From: Massalongia carnosa | Lineage: Eukaryota | DNA length: 64,000 nt | Assembly: GCA_965645245.1 (NCBI GenBank) | Contig: OZ287069.1 | Coordinates: 2,666,001 to 2,730,000, forward strand | Reading direction: 5' to 3' | Notes under the pieces: generated by a model | Database searches by the model: none | What the model was told of the DNA's origin: nothing | What the model saw: the letters and a program-made list of their open reading frames with translations, nothing else | Position numbers and translations under genes: made by a program | Shown: piece by piece, positions 1 to 12,869 of the stretch | Position numbering within the stretch: the stretch's first letter is position 1 | Layout of the letters: each line of letters starts with the position of its first letter

Positions 1-355
1 CTTGGTTGATCGCCTTCTTCGTCCAGATCCAAGGGTTCAACTCTCTAAAAATATTATACTCCCCTCATTTCTCACCTAAAGACTTGTGTGGTCTCGGCTA
101 CTACCTCCTTTCGCACTTCTTACCTTCGGACACACCTTGAGCACATAATTACCTTGTCTTTGTCGCGTCCTTCATCCAAGAACGAGCTGTCGACCTTGAG
201 CTATCGTTGATCCCCTTCTCCATCAGGATCTAAGTCTTTACCCGTCGCCATAGATACCTTGTGCTCTTTACCTCCTCCCCTATCTCTTCGAAATCGAAAA
301 CCTTCACATTCGACCTCGATATTACCTCGCATCGCCTTCAGTCTACCTCATAAAC

Positions 356-1030
356 TTAGAATTTGTCGTATTTGATTCTTCTGGTCATAGAAGAATTCGA
401 GCTGGCATCTATAGAGTTTACCGCATTCTTAGCATTTGCTTTCTCTTGATTCTTTTGGTCATAAAAGAGCCAGAGTTAGCATTTACAGAGTTTGCGAGAC
501 AGAACAAGCTTGGTTGTTTCCAGATCTTGTCTTACGCATTCTTAGCATTTGTTGCGACTTGGTTCTTTTGGTCATAAAGGAACTTGAGCCAGCATTTACA
601 GAGTTTGCAGCATTCTTAGCATCTGTTTCCTCTCGATTCTTTTGGACATAAAAGATCGGGGTTAGCAGTTACAGAGTTTGCCAGACGCATTCTTAGCATT
701 TGTCGCGATTTAATTCTTCTGGTCATTGAGGAATTCGAGTTCGACATTTACAGAGGTTGCAGCATCCTTAGCATTTGTTCTCTCTCGATTCTTTTGGTCA
801 TAAAAGAGTCAGAGTTAGCATTTACAAAGTTTGCTAAAAAGAACGGATTCACTTCTTTTTAACTCTCGACATATGCATTCTTAGCATTTTTTGATTCGGT
901 TCTTTTGGTCATAGAAGTATTCGGATCGATATTTACAGAGTTTGCAGCATCCTTAGCATTTGTTTTCTCTTGATTCTTTTGGTCTTAAAAGAATCAGGGG
1001 TCAACATTTACAGAGTTTGCTCGAGAGAAC
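356..1030. repeat. Tandem array of eight ~73-77 bp monomers arranged as four A/B dimers (higher-order repeat)
   Basis: Consensus GCATTCTTAGCATTTG-N8/9-GATTCTTTTGGTCATA-N~17-CATTTACAGAGTTTGC. Monomers start at ~356 (partial), 423, 536, 610, 687, 762, 875 and 947. B copies at 423 and 762 carry a ~40 bp tail, and the copy at 947 begins a similar tail. Confidence 0.9.
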
Positions 1031-1095
1031 GGACTTACTTATTCTCACATCAATATTTCATGGGATCTTTTCGCCGCCGGGAGCTGTTAGGAACC

Positions 1096-3530
1096 ATGCC
1101 GACGTTTATGGAGATGCAAGTTGTTTTGTTTTGGGGGATAATCTCAGCAATCATGGAACGTGTTATCAGTGTATATTTATTCATCGAATCACATTTCGAG
1201 AGAGAGAAAGATTTTGAGAAACTTGACGACCTCTATAGAGTAAGTGTTGGAACTTCCTCATACTCGTAAACTTCATAGCTAACACATCATTTTAGTTCGT
1301 CATGTTTTATGGTGTCAAATTCTTGTGCTGTCTTCTCTTCGTCGCCTGTTTGCTTGTATGTACCTGGTACAAATGGCCAATTGAGCGGATTTCTCGCGAG
1401 GACTTACGACAAACAAAAGAGCATGCTCTAGCGAAGGCCAAGCTGCTCGAACAAGAAAACGCCAGGCTTCACGGGATGGCTCTGCGGGCAGATCAACACC
1501 GAATGAACTGGATGCAAGAACACGCCAAGGTTGCGACCGAAAAGATCATACTTGGCAACCAAATCGCAAATATGGAGTTGAAGCTCGCAGAAGTCCCCCG
1601 TCTAGAAGCGGACATCGAGGCTTTGGAGGAAAGCCTCGAGCGCGCACACTGCTGGAAAAGAGGAAACTGGGAGGATGATTTCACGGTACTCAAGCGCAAA
1701 GCGGCAAGATTTGCCGCTGATGCGCGAGAGGCCGAGCAATCATTGTCCGAGTTCCAATCGGAGTCGCTCTCGAAGCTAACCAAGGTGCGAAAGGAGCGGG
1801 ACGAAGCTGTACGAAAGCTTAAGACCGCTACCAATTGCAACCATCAGGACCTGTTTGAGCGCACGAACGCTCAAAACAAGGAGATCGTTCGCCTGAGGAA
1901 AACCTTGCTAGCCGAGAGAGCGGCTTCCCACGACCGCCTGGCGGAGAGGATGTCCGAGAGCAGCCAGCTCCAGTGGGATCTCAAAGCGGAACAGCTCCAC
2001 CATAGAGAGCTGAAAGCCGCGTTTGAGGTACTCGCCATCGCTGCTGCACCAGCGCAGGTCACAGCGCTAGTGCAGCAGGATCCAGTGTGCGTGCAGGCGA
2101 GTGATGACTCGGAGAAGCAGCTTCAGCTGACTCGCTTGGAAAACACGAGAGACCAAGCCAGCACGGACCTTCTCAAAGAGCATCAAGGCCGAATTGAGCA
2201 ACTGGAGCAACTGCTCCAGGCCAAGGACGCCGCTCGCCGAGATTCCGGATCGGAGAGCTTGGGAAACCAACTCGACGAGACCGAGAATCTCAAGGAAACA
2301 ATCGCCCAGCGCGAGGCGGATTACGCACTTCTTCAGGCCCAACAGTCTGCAGCGTCAATGGATCTGCAGATCCAACTGAAGGAGTGCCAGGATTCCCTCG
2401 CGGCCAAGGCTGCTGAGCTTTCACGCAACAACGCGTCTCATCTTGCAGAGCTTGCCCAGCATCTTGGCGACCTTGCGAATGAGCGAGTCAAGTCTGCAAA
2501 TTTGCAGAACGCGTTGTCCGAGCGAGACATGGGCATGGACATTGATACTCATATCGGCCATGTCTGCGATCACTCACAATGCGTGAAACCAGGCAGCCAG
2601 GAAGGCCAGGCGATTGTGCAGCAGCAGACTGCTGCGATGGCTCGCGACCTGAAGGTCGGCGAGTTAAAGAAGGCCAGCGTGCAAAAGGAAGTGGAGATGG
2701 TGGGTCTTCGGGCCCTGGTTGATGACAAGAAAGCTGCAATTCAGCAGCTGCAAGACAAGCTTGCGACCAGCGACAGTCAAATGTCGCACCTAAAAAACTT
2801 CCTTGGCTTGAGTGACAAGCATGACCTCGCGAGCATGGAGCGCGTAATGGCCACCTGGAAGGCAGCTTCCGAGCAGGTCTCGGCTGCCAACCAGGGCCAT
2901 ACGTGCGACCACTCGGTCTGCGACAAACGTCACCGAGCCAGCACGAAGGAGATCGATGATCTCGGTCATTCCCTTAAGGGAATGACGGCCAAGTTCGAGG
3001 ACCGGGAGCGGAAGCTCGCTTTCCAAGCCACCGAGATGCAGAAGGCATCTCGCAAGTCAAACATGGGCATCAAGGAAATGGGTGACCGCCTCCGGTCCAA
3101 AGAGAAGGAATGGGAGGCAGAGCGGGCAGGGCACCAAGCCGCCTTGGCGAAGGAGAGGGAGGTCGCTAAAGAGCGATACGAGAAGACCAACCCTCTCCGG
3201 GACCAGGTGGCGGGGTTGCGAAAGGCCCTGGAGGAGATGCGGAAGGAGCGGGATCGGAGCCGGAAGGCCAACGAGGCCTTCCAGAAAGATTCCGCGGAGG
3301 CGCGGGAGGTGGCGCGGGAGAGCGAGGCCGCGCAGCTTGAAGCTGCGCGGCAGCGGGACGAGCTGGCTCGTGTGAACGGGGGGTTGGAGCTGGAGAACGT
3401 GAGGATGCAGTTGTGGGCGCAGGGGGCGCAGGGAAGCGGTGGAAGCGGAGGGAGGAAGAGGGAGGAGGGAGAGGAGGCTGAGAAGGCCGAGGTGGACCTC
3501 AGGCCAGCGAAGTTCTTGAAAGAACAGTAG
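1096..3530 (+). CDS. Uncharacterised protein (~790 aa): N-terminal hydrophobic segments, long coiled coil, two HxCDHSxC motifs
   Basis: Exon 1096-1239 (MPTFMEMQVVLFWGII...LYR) and a phase-0 intron 1240-1295 (GTAAGT...GCTAAC...TAG) join in frame to ORF 1302-3530. The body is E/K/Q/A/L-rich and heptad-like. HVCDHSQC at 2559-2582 and HTCDHSVC at 2898-2921. Confidence 0.75.
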
Positions 3531-3764
3531 CTGTGCCTGAGGTCGAGTAGAGGATCGGCCGGGGATAGCGGGTTTCTTTTGTTTTGTTTTATCGCGTTGA
3601 TTTTTTTTTGATTTTTGCGTTTGATTTCTTTCCTTTGTTTTGTTCTACGGGTGTTTAGGGAATCCGTCCTGGAGACGGAGGGAAGAGAGGGTCAGTCATC
3701 AGAAATTCAGTCATCAGGACTTCGCCCAGCAGGATTAGGCAGGCGGATTAATACCACGACTCGC

Positions 3765-4760
3765 CCCTAGCATCCAGCTTCAAGCAGCCAACTTCTTCTT
3801 CGGCTTCAAGAATTCAGGAATCAGCTTCAAGCAATTAACTTCTTCCTAATGGATATCAATACAACTTTTAGCATCCGGATTTTTCATCAGAACGGAAATC
3901 ATTCCAGCTTGCAGCTTCTCCAATCCAGCTCAGATTTTTCTCAATAACGGAAATCAATCCACCTTCCCGCTTTTCTTCAAGAATATATACAACCCAATTC
4001 AGCTTCTTCTCGAGAACAAAATCCAACCCAGCGTTTAGCTTCAAGCTCATCAACAATATAAAGAAATCCAGCTTTCGGAACTTAGCTTCTTCTTGGGAAC
4101 GAAGATTAATTCAGCTTCGAGCTTCCTTTTGAAAACAGAAACAAATCCAGCACTCAGCATTAAGTATCTAGCTCCAAGCTCATCAGAAATAAAATTCATC
4201 CAGCTTCCGGCATTCGGTTTCTTTTCTAGAACGCAAGTTAACTCACCTTCCAGTTGCTTGTCACAAAGAAGCGAGGATTCAGCGTTGAGCTTATTCTCAA
4301 ACAGAGAAGTCAATCCAGTTTGTAGCTTTAAGCTTCTTTTCGGCTATAAAGATCAATTCTGCTTTCCACATCGGTCCTTCTTCAGAACGAAAATTAGTTC
4401 AGCTTCCAGCTTGGTCATTGACAATGGAAATCCATCCATCTTTCAGCTTCTTCTTAAAGAGAGAGATAACTTCAAGCTCCTACCAAACAATGAAAATCAG
4501 TTCAGCTTTCAGCATCCAGCTCCGAGCTTTTTCTCAAGAAGAGATTTCCATCCAGCTCTTGGCATTAAGCTTCTTCTCGACAAGAGAAATCGTTCAATTT
4601 CTAGCATCCAGCTTTCCGCTTCTAGCATCCTTTCCACAAGAAATATTCATCCAGCGTCTAACTTGCGCAACATCCAGCGATGACCAATGAGCATTGAGCA
4701 TCAAGATTCTGTTCCAACAATGAAGCTTCATCTGGGTTTAGCATCCCGCTCCAAGCTCCT
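3765..4760. repeat. Degenerate tandem array, period about 36 bp
   Basis: Recurring ATCCAGCTTC(N)AGCTTCTTCTC...AGAA..AAAATCA-like unit. It produces spurious ~12-aa periodic ORFs on both strands, e.g. KLEAELIFVPKK and [12 protein letters not shown]. Confidence 0.7.
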
Positions 4761-5661
4761 ACTCAACAGTGGAAACAACCAGATTTGGGCGGAGACAGGC
4801 TAGTTGATCTCTATGCTTTGAAGAAATAACTAATGAGCGATGCACACCGGGGGATACTTTGCACAGTGTAACTATGTGACGTTGATGGTGGACGAATAGC
4901 GATGTAATCATGCGATACCATGACTCGATACGCTCTTACTCTGTACCGTGTACTCTGTACGCTGTATCTGTACCAAAATACCTACTCTGTACTTTGTATC
5001 TAAATTTGACGATGTCGAGATAACGTAATAACGAACCGTTGCACGAGCGCCAAAGGACCCTTGTCTTGAAACATGTCCCTTTCCCCAGCCGCTACCCGAT
5101 GCAGGGACGTTATTGGCGTAGAGAACCTCTGACGCCTCTTTTAGACCGCTCTCGAATACTCCGTCCAGGAGATGAAACCGGGTGCAAGTACACAGTAACC
5201 ATGAACGAAACGGTACTGTTTCGGTGCGCAAAGTATCGGAGACATTCCTGCTTTTGTCAACACGACACGAATTCTTTCTCTTTCCCATTACACAGCTGGC
5301 TGAGGCTTTAATCGAGCTCCGGGGTTGTCAAATCGCCCTATTGTGATCTATCAACCCTTTGAAAGGATTGCCGTTGTGATCAATGCTGGTTCTCATTGTT
5401 CTCACCATAATGAAATAGGCAGCCTTCGTCTCAACAAAGATGGAGCACCCTCGAGATCTCGAGCATTGATTGCCCCCTTGGGCTCCTCACGCCGTTTGCT
5501 TCGAATAAACATCAACAAACTCTTAATAAATCACGATTCAAGACCGATTTATCTAATCACTCCATTTAACCATAGCCAGCCAGCGCTTCAACGTTTTTCT
5601 GCCTTTCCCAAAACCTCAGGCAAATACAGAGCTCAACAAATCCTCCATTCCCCGCCTGACT

Positions 5662-7733
5662 ATGAGCTGCTGTGGTCAGCGCGAGAAGCTTGGGAAAGCT
5701 AGGGAGGAGCAGAAGTGGGATTATATTGTAAGAAATTCACACCCGCCATCCGTGGTTCTGCTAATAGCCAGCTCTACAGAACCTTTCCGATTTTAGATCA
5801 ACTACCTGTTTCACGCCTCTTTCCTATGGCATTCTGTACCTCTCGCTGATTATCTCGGTCACTGTTTATGGAGTAGATATCTTTACCGCAGCGAACCTGC
5901 TGTTCTTCGACCGCTGGTCCGGTCAGGTCAAACCCGTGATACCTTTTTATATTTCGAGGTGGATATTTGCTGCATGCATCTTGCTATCCTGGATTCTTTT
6001 GGTGTGCAGATGGGTACGAGCTGCGCGGGTCATGCGAAGTGGGGTGATTGCTGCCAATTATCTGGATCCGCTCGCGGTTATGATGCAGAGCGTGCGTACC
6101 GGTCGCAACGGCCGTGGATGGAGGAGATTCTTGGTATTTGCCGAGCTCACCAAGGGCCGGAAAGGCACCGAGTACGTGGCGCTTTTCACATACTTCTCAT
6201 TCGAAGGTAAAGCGCACCTCTATTTTCGCTGTCCTCGGCTAACTCGCCCTAGCATGGTTGCGCATTATATTCGCAGAAGGCCCGCGGCAAGTCATCAACG
6301 CGTTGACCCTCTACTCCGTGATGCAGGCCAATCTAGTACCCGTTGGAAATCATAAAGCAAGCCACGGCCATACTCCTATCGTGCAATTCTTCCTTAACGT
6401 CCAGATTCTAGCGAATAGTAACCGGGAGCAGGCTGCGATCCTCTTTAGCATGTTGTTCACACTTATGATATGGGTCGTATCCGCTTTAAGCCTCCTTGTG
6501 GCTGTCTTATTCTATCTTTTGTTCCTCTATCATCATATACCAAACAAAGATAATGGGCTCTCTAATTATTGCAGAAGAAAAATGGATAGCCGTTTGCAAA
6601 AGATTGTAGGAGTAAAGGTTAATCAGGCATTAGCCAAGGTCGATCCCCATCGGAAGAGAAGCGATCCTGGCCCTGGCGGTCCTGGAGGCAGACCACATCA
6701 AATTGTAAGGCAGCCCACCTTGCCCATGCTGGATACGGATCTACATGGTAAAGGTCCAAAAGTGCCTTCGCTTTCAAGGCAGACAACTCAGAGCACGCTT
6801 CCTCTTTATAATTCACGACAATCTTCTCCGAATGACAATCCTCTCGATTTGAGCCTAAGTTCCAATTCGAACTTCCTAGAGATGTATCCTCCCAGTTATC
6901 GACAGTCGTTCCCTTCAAGATCAATCACTCAATCCTTTACCTATTCCAGCGCAAGCTATGCGTCTAATGTCCCTCTAATGAGAGAGGCGGCTGGCATGGG
7001 ATATGTTCCGGCGAGTCGAAATTATACCCCAGCCCCGCCATCGCGAACGGGCACTAGCCATAGCACCAATAGCAGCCGATCACTCATGAACCAAAGCCTA
7101 ATGGCTAGCTCACAGGGTATGCAGCGATCCTATCACTCGGCTTGGAAACCACCCCCTGTATCCCTTGAGACAACTCCAAGTCCGGCGCAAACACAGCCTC
7201 CAAGCCGCCAAAACACTGATTTAAGCGCCTTTGGGAGTTGGGAATCTCGAGCTCAGTCCCCAATGCAAACCCCGGCTCACAGCTCCATTACACAAGATTA
7301 TCCTATCGACACCTACCGAAGACGTACTCCTGGTGCGCAAGCAATTCGTGAAAACCTTGTGCAAGACTACGAAATTCAGCCGCAGAGACCCGTCGACGGT
7401 GTGGCTCAGCATCCAACCCATAGCGAGGGCTACATCGCGTTCAACCCCAATACCCACGCCGCGCAGAGTGCAATTTCGAGACAGCAAAGTTTCCCGGTAC
7501 CGGCATCCCTTCAGCCTCCGACCAGGAATTTCACCATGCCCATCGCTCCGTATCAAAACTTGTCACCCCAACCGTTGCAGCCGCAACCAGCGTTGCCGCA
7601 AAGATCCGGCACAGCGCCCATACCCTCCTATAACGGGTTCTCGCCCGTGTCATATCCAATCTCCGCCAAAGCGATGCCGCCTAGAGCCGCTACCGCAGGC
7701 CCTAACGCCTCGGGTTGGAGGAAACCCAGCTAG
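5662..7733 (+). CDS. KCH1: Kch1/Kch2 (Prm6)-family low-affinity potassium transporter
   Basis: Exons 5662-5727, 5780-6206 and 6253-7733 give MSCCGQREK..EEQKWDYINLSDF...GWRRFLVFAELTK..EYVALFTYFSFEAWLRIIFAEGPRQVINALTLYSV, followed by a long S/P/Q-rich tail. Confidence 0.8.
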
Positions 7734-8456
7734 ACATGACGAAAGCGAAGGGTGATTTTCGGATTTCGTCCTCTTCTTTATTTTTCGTTGCAAGGAGGTG
7801 TTTGTGGGTTGGAAAATATGATACCCACGTTTTTTCTTTAGTTTAATAATGATGTAATGAGGATTTCTGAAGTAGAGGAAGGAGCGGCACTGGGAAATAA
7901 TCAGCCGGCATTTCCAAGGGACCTAATCTAGCGAAATCCAATCAACACCCATCGAAGGGGTAGGAAGATGCTCGCCAGGTGATTGCGCAACTCTAGGTAG
8001 ATGCATGTGGGTGTGGTAGGAGCGGAGAGGGGGAAATATATACAACTTCAGCATGTAGCGGTGGCCTCTTTTCGTTTTCGACGCCACCCTCCCCCCCCCC
8101 ACAAAAAAATCGTCATGCTATCTATATATGATTGATCCCTTGACTGATGAATTGCCTGCACACACACATATACCTGTCTGTTCTCCTCTCTCCTACTCCC
8201 TACCTACATTACATAGGCACCAATCGATAAGATTCGAGGACATTTAGGTTGGGGTAGAGTCTATCTTACTCTCTAGGTATTCTATTCTACTTACCCTACG
8301 ACATTGTGGGGGGGGGGGGGGGGTTCCGGAGGGTACAGGTCAGAAAGCGAAGGATTTAATGATGGACATAATACTTTACACGGGACGGTAATAGTAGTAC
8401 ATCTTACAATAAAACCTCCCCGAAAACAGTTTACCGATCCTGCTCACATCCCCGAT

Positions 8457-11400
8457 TTACCAGATCCTCTTCCCCACCATAGCATACCTCCTCACAGCGC
8501 CAAACCCCCCTCCCCTGGCCTTCCTGCCCTCCTCTTCCCTCTCCCTCAGCTTACGCGCCCCCTCGGGATCGTCGCGGTAGATCCACCTCCGCTTATCCTC
8601 ACCCACCTCCACTACCCCCCACCCCCCGATGCGCTTCCCATCCGCGGCGTGCACGTCGCCGCCCGCGTCCATGGCTCCTTGCGCGTCAGCCGCTTCGCGG
8701 GCCTTCATGCCGCGGTATCGTCGGCGCGCGAACGAGAGCAGGCACATCCCCAGCACAAGCTTGACGGCCAGCAGCACCAGAAAGAGCGTGCAAAAGAACA
8801 GGGCCGCGGTGGCGGTGGCGATGGCGTCGTCGGCGGTCCAGTTCCAAGGGCGGGCGCCAGCGGCCGTGACGCTGAAAGCGGAGCGGCCGAGGACTCGCCG
8901 CACGATGTAATCGATGTGCTGTAGGGCGGCGGTTGTGGCGGGATTGGTGGGTGTGGAAGCATTGACGGCGAGGGAGTTGGCGGGCGAGGAGGAGGGAAGT
9001 GGAAGGGGCATGTTGGCGGCGAGGAACATGTTGTAGGTTTGCACAGAGGCGCGAATGAAGAGGGAAGCGAGGGGAATGACAGGGAGGCCAAGGCGGCGGG
9101 TTAGGTTTTGGTCGGCAAAGGCCTTCATGGGTTGGAAGAAGAGGCAGTTAATATTGTTGCATGTATGTGGAGGAAATATAACAAGGATGACGAAGTATGT
9201 GTACGGCGAGAGCATTCAGGTTCCGTGCAGGAAGGGCTTGTGCTGCTTACATTGGAGTAATAGTCTTTCGCAAGGACATCAAGGAATCTGCCGTAAATAG
9301 CAGGTTTCGTATTGTTGAACTTGGTAATGTACGCGTGCTTGATCCAATCGACCAGCATTTCGCTCCCCAGCACCAGCAAAAAGGGTCCGATGACCTGTTC
9401 CGTCCAGTCGGGGAGCATTGTGAAGCTTTTCGGTAGAATAGTCGATCCCCTCACTGGCGCAGCGGTGCTTGAACCTGAGACAGCACTGCTGCCGGATGAT
9501 CCTTCAGCGGCAAGGCTTAGACCTCCAATTTCAATAATGTTGCGGGACGCAATGATCGTGAGCATGAGCCATAACTGGAATCGTTCAACCACATCGGCAC
9601 ACGTCAGCTGGAACAAATTTTCCTTTTCAAATTTCTTGAAGACCGTAGACTTGATCTCGACGAATTGGTTAGACATTAGAAGTGTGAGCAGAGCGTTTGA
9701 GTATGAGTTAACTGCGACATTCAGGGTAATGACTTGGTAAAAGAGAGATGTGGCATGAACTAGATTGTAAAATAAAGCCAGAACAAAAAGCCATAATGGT
9801 CTCAAGACCTTACTGCGGCCATCTGGCTTGCGCTCTAGCGTTTCTTTGGAGAGAAGACACTCAAGTACATCCTGTCCGAGGGCTGAGAACAGCCGGTCAC
9901 AAACCTACAAAAGGTCAGATCAAAACAAGTCTGAGTCGATGTTTTCTACATACTTCTAATACGTTATATATAACATAAAGCTTGATCGCGGCCTGCCCAC
10001 GTATACCATGGTACATCCGGCTGGCATCAAAATACATAAGAATAGTACAGCTACTTAGGATTAAAAACCCATTCAGAATATCTGCTTTATGCTCTTGAAG
10101 TAAAGCCGATGGCGTGGATTTCGATCTGCGATGCTGCTTCGAACGCCTGCTGCTATACTTGCGGTTTGAGTTAGGATGGTTATGGCTCGGGCCTAGATCT
10201 TGCTTTTCAGCACTTGGCACCTGCGAAGTTGTGGACAGTTTTCCATTGCTCGTGGTTGTTTGCCGATGAGTTCCGGCTCTGTTTGGCGCATTCGACAAGG
10301 AACGGTTGGGACCGTCACGCCATTGCCGCCTTCTCCATACCCTACCTATGCCAGAGTATATGAATTTAGCAAGAAGAAGAACCTCCCCCCAAAAGTTGCG
10401 TCCCCAGGAATGTACCAGGATCGATAAAGCCTTTAAAAATCGCAAAGGCAAGATTGTGAATGAATATAACCATGCATCAAGACACGCAAGCGCACCAAAC
10501 CACAAAACTTGTTCAAGTTGAATAGGTAGTAGAAGAAAGTTCTGCAGACGCTCAATCTTTACTTGGGAGGATTCATAAGGTAGGTCGCTTGTCGTAGAAT
10601 GGTGTATGTACAATGGCGACGGTCTGTGCGAGGAGAGCTCAAGCTGAAGATACGTGTGCAAAGAAAGGGGTGGCATGGGTATGGACTGAGGCATGGGTGA
10701 TGGGATAGGATCCTCGATTGTAGACTTCCGCTTCTCTACCCTTACTTCAGGGAATTGAAGCGGCGTGGGACCTAACGCCAAATGATTGGAAGACGTAGGG
10801 GATGAAGTACCCTCTTTTTTCTGATGATTTTTGCTGCCCTTTGAAGAAAGCCTTCTTTTCGATAACGATTTCGAACTTGTTTGGAGCTTTGAATCCAAGT
10901 TAAGCGTTCTTGCTGACAGCGGAACAGGAGTCACTTGAGAGCCTTCCGTTGCTACAAAGGGTGTCTCTAGTATACTTCCCGATCTACTTCTGCTATAAGT
11001 CTCCTGGGTTCCTGTATGACGTTGTTGCTTGGGATCCGGTACCAGGCGGTTTTCTTGATTAATCCCGTTATAATCTATATCATCAACCAGGTCAATCGCC
11101 GGGCTTGACGAAGAACGCAGAGGAACCGAAGCTGGGGTTGATACAGGTTCATATTTTTTGGCAGATGATAACTTCATGGTTCTTCCTCTATCATCAAGTG
11201 TGGTCGTCATTAAGTCCAAGTGCTCTTGCACTTGCTGCCCATAATCTCTTTGCAGTGGTTGTGGCACGGTAGTGTCTATTTTCAGAATGGCTCGCCCCGA
11301 TGAGCCAGGAAAATCTCTGTGAACATCGCGCTCATCATTCGTTGCTTCATTAGATCTAGATTGAAACGCTTTTACCAGCCCCGAACTATCCACGTAGTAT

Positions 11401-11686
11401 TTGAATGTATTACCAAAATTTGGCAGAGATTTGGGCTTCCGCGCTGGTTCTAAAGAGCTGGCCCCCTCAATACCGTCCTCCGAGCGGTTACTCGTACTAG
11501 GCGATTCTTTGGAGGTATTTGGACTTCGCCAACTTCGAGGTCGCGCAATCCTATTTAGTACATCAAAACACAATCCTTGTGCCTGTCCATCATAAAAGCG
11601 AAACGAGACACTCACTTCCTACTTGCCATCTGAGTACTTGTAGCTTTGAGGCTATCGTGCATCGCCATACCTGAACTGGTGCTCAT
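8457..11686 (-). CDS. EMP65: Emp65/TAPT1 (DUF747) ER membrane protein
   Basis: Motifs LEQVLWFGALACLDAWLYSFTILPLR, IRGQAAIKLYVIYNVLEVCDRL, SNQFVEIKSTVFKKFEKENLFQ, DWIKHAYITKFN, LTRRLGLPVIPLA. Introns at about 11551-11615, 9905-9953 and 9123-9250. First exon starts at ATG 11686. Confidence 0.88.
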
Positions 11687-12699
11687 GACTGAAGGGCCCT
11701 CCTAGCTCCCTTTGTCCGACAATATCCCGGCGAGATAGGATCAGAAGGCACATTGCTATCCTTGAGCGAAATCGTTATAACGGTTATGTCGGAGGCAGAA
11801 ACATTAACACGAGCCCTTCAGTCACTGTAAACGATTATTACTTACTCCGCGAATGGATCAAACAGCGGCAGGGATTACCATAACCCGAACAAACGGGACA
11901 AACTGGGCAACGGGACTAAGTAATTCCGAAATCATTACTTTTTGACCACTCTTACATACGTTTTACATACAAATTCAGCTTCAAATATCATAGTAGATCA
12001 TATTCATCATTTTAAAACGTTATAATCATGGGTGTTAATAAAAAAATCACCTCCCACACCCCTTCATGTTTTCACCCCACCTCCACCTATCAACAACGAT
12101 TGCAGTCAGCCTTTTTGGCCTGAAAATAGGCCGATGGAGCTCTTTTCATTACGAAGGCAGCTTCTCGATATGCTGTTTCAAAGTCTACCCTTCATGCCCG
12201 CATTCAGGACCGTCAACCACGATTTAAATCTGATCAGTTTGAACAACTGCTGACACCCGAGGAGAAAGACGCTTTGAAGAACTAGGTTTTACAACTGTAC
12301 GCCTGGGACTGGCCTGCTAAAATCGCTCAGTTACGTCAGATCGCCGTAGAATTATTGCGAGCAAGGGAGGATCATACTGTGCTGGGAGTCAATTGACAAC
12401 AGTATTTCCTACATCGTCATCCCGATTTGCAGGCTAAATACAGTCGCACACTTGATCAAGAACGATTATTCGCGGAGAATGAAGAGATATTTCAGCACTG
12501 ATTTGAGCTTTTCCTCTCCACCAAAGAAAAGCACGAAATTCATGATAAAGACATCTATAATATGGACGAAAAGGGGTTCATGATGAGGGTAGCTGCTAGT
12601 GCTAAAGTAGTAATTTCTAAGCACGAAAAGCAGGCCTTTTCAGCACAGTCAGGTAATCGAGAATGGGTGTCATTGATCGAGTCCATTTGTACTACCGGT

Positions 12700-12869
12700 T
12701 GTGACGAAGCGAGATAGTGAATAGATTTCTACCATTGCGCCACCTGTCCTCCCGACCAAAAGGCACAATACTTAGTCCGCAGACCAAGCTCTATTCTACT
12801 ATAACTGGGACTCCTGCTATGTTCGCTGTAGGTGCTGCCGTCCGCACCACGCATGGTCGAACCGTCACA
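12700..12869. mobile_element. Solo LTR (170 bp) with 5-bp TSD CCGGT
   Basis: Termini TGTGACG...CGTCACA. CCGGT at 12695-12699 and 12870-12874. Excision restores the transposase frame. Confidence 0.9.

Noticed and set aside
356..1030. CRISPR-like repeat/spacer array
   Set aside because: The variable segments are short and homologous to each other (alternating A/B types), not unique spacers. The context is eukaryotic and there are no cas genes.
1493..3375. Antisense and overlapping ORFs inside long genes (here and throughout the window)
   Set aside because: Expected shadow ORFs of GC-rich coding sequence with no independent support.
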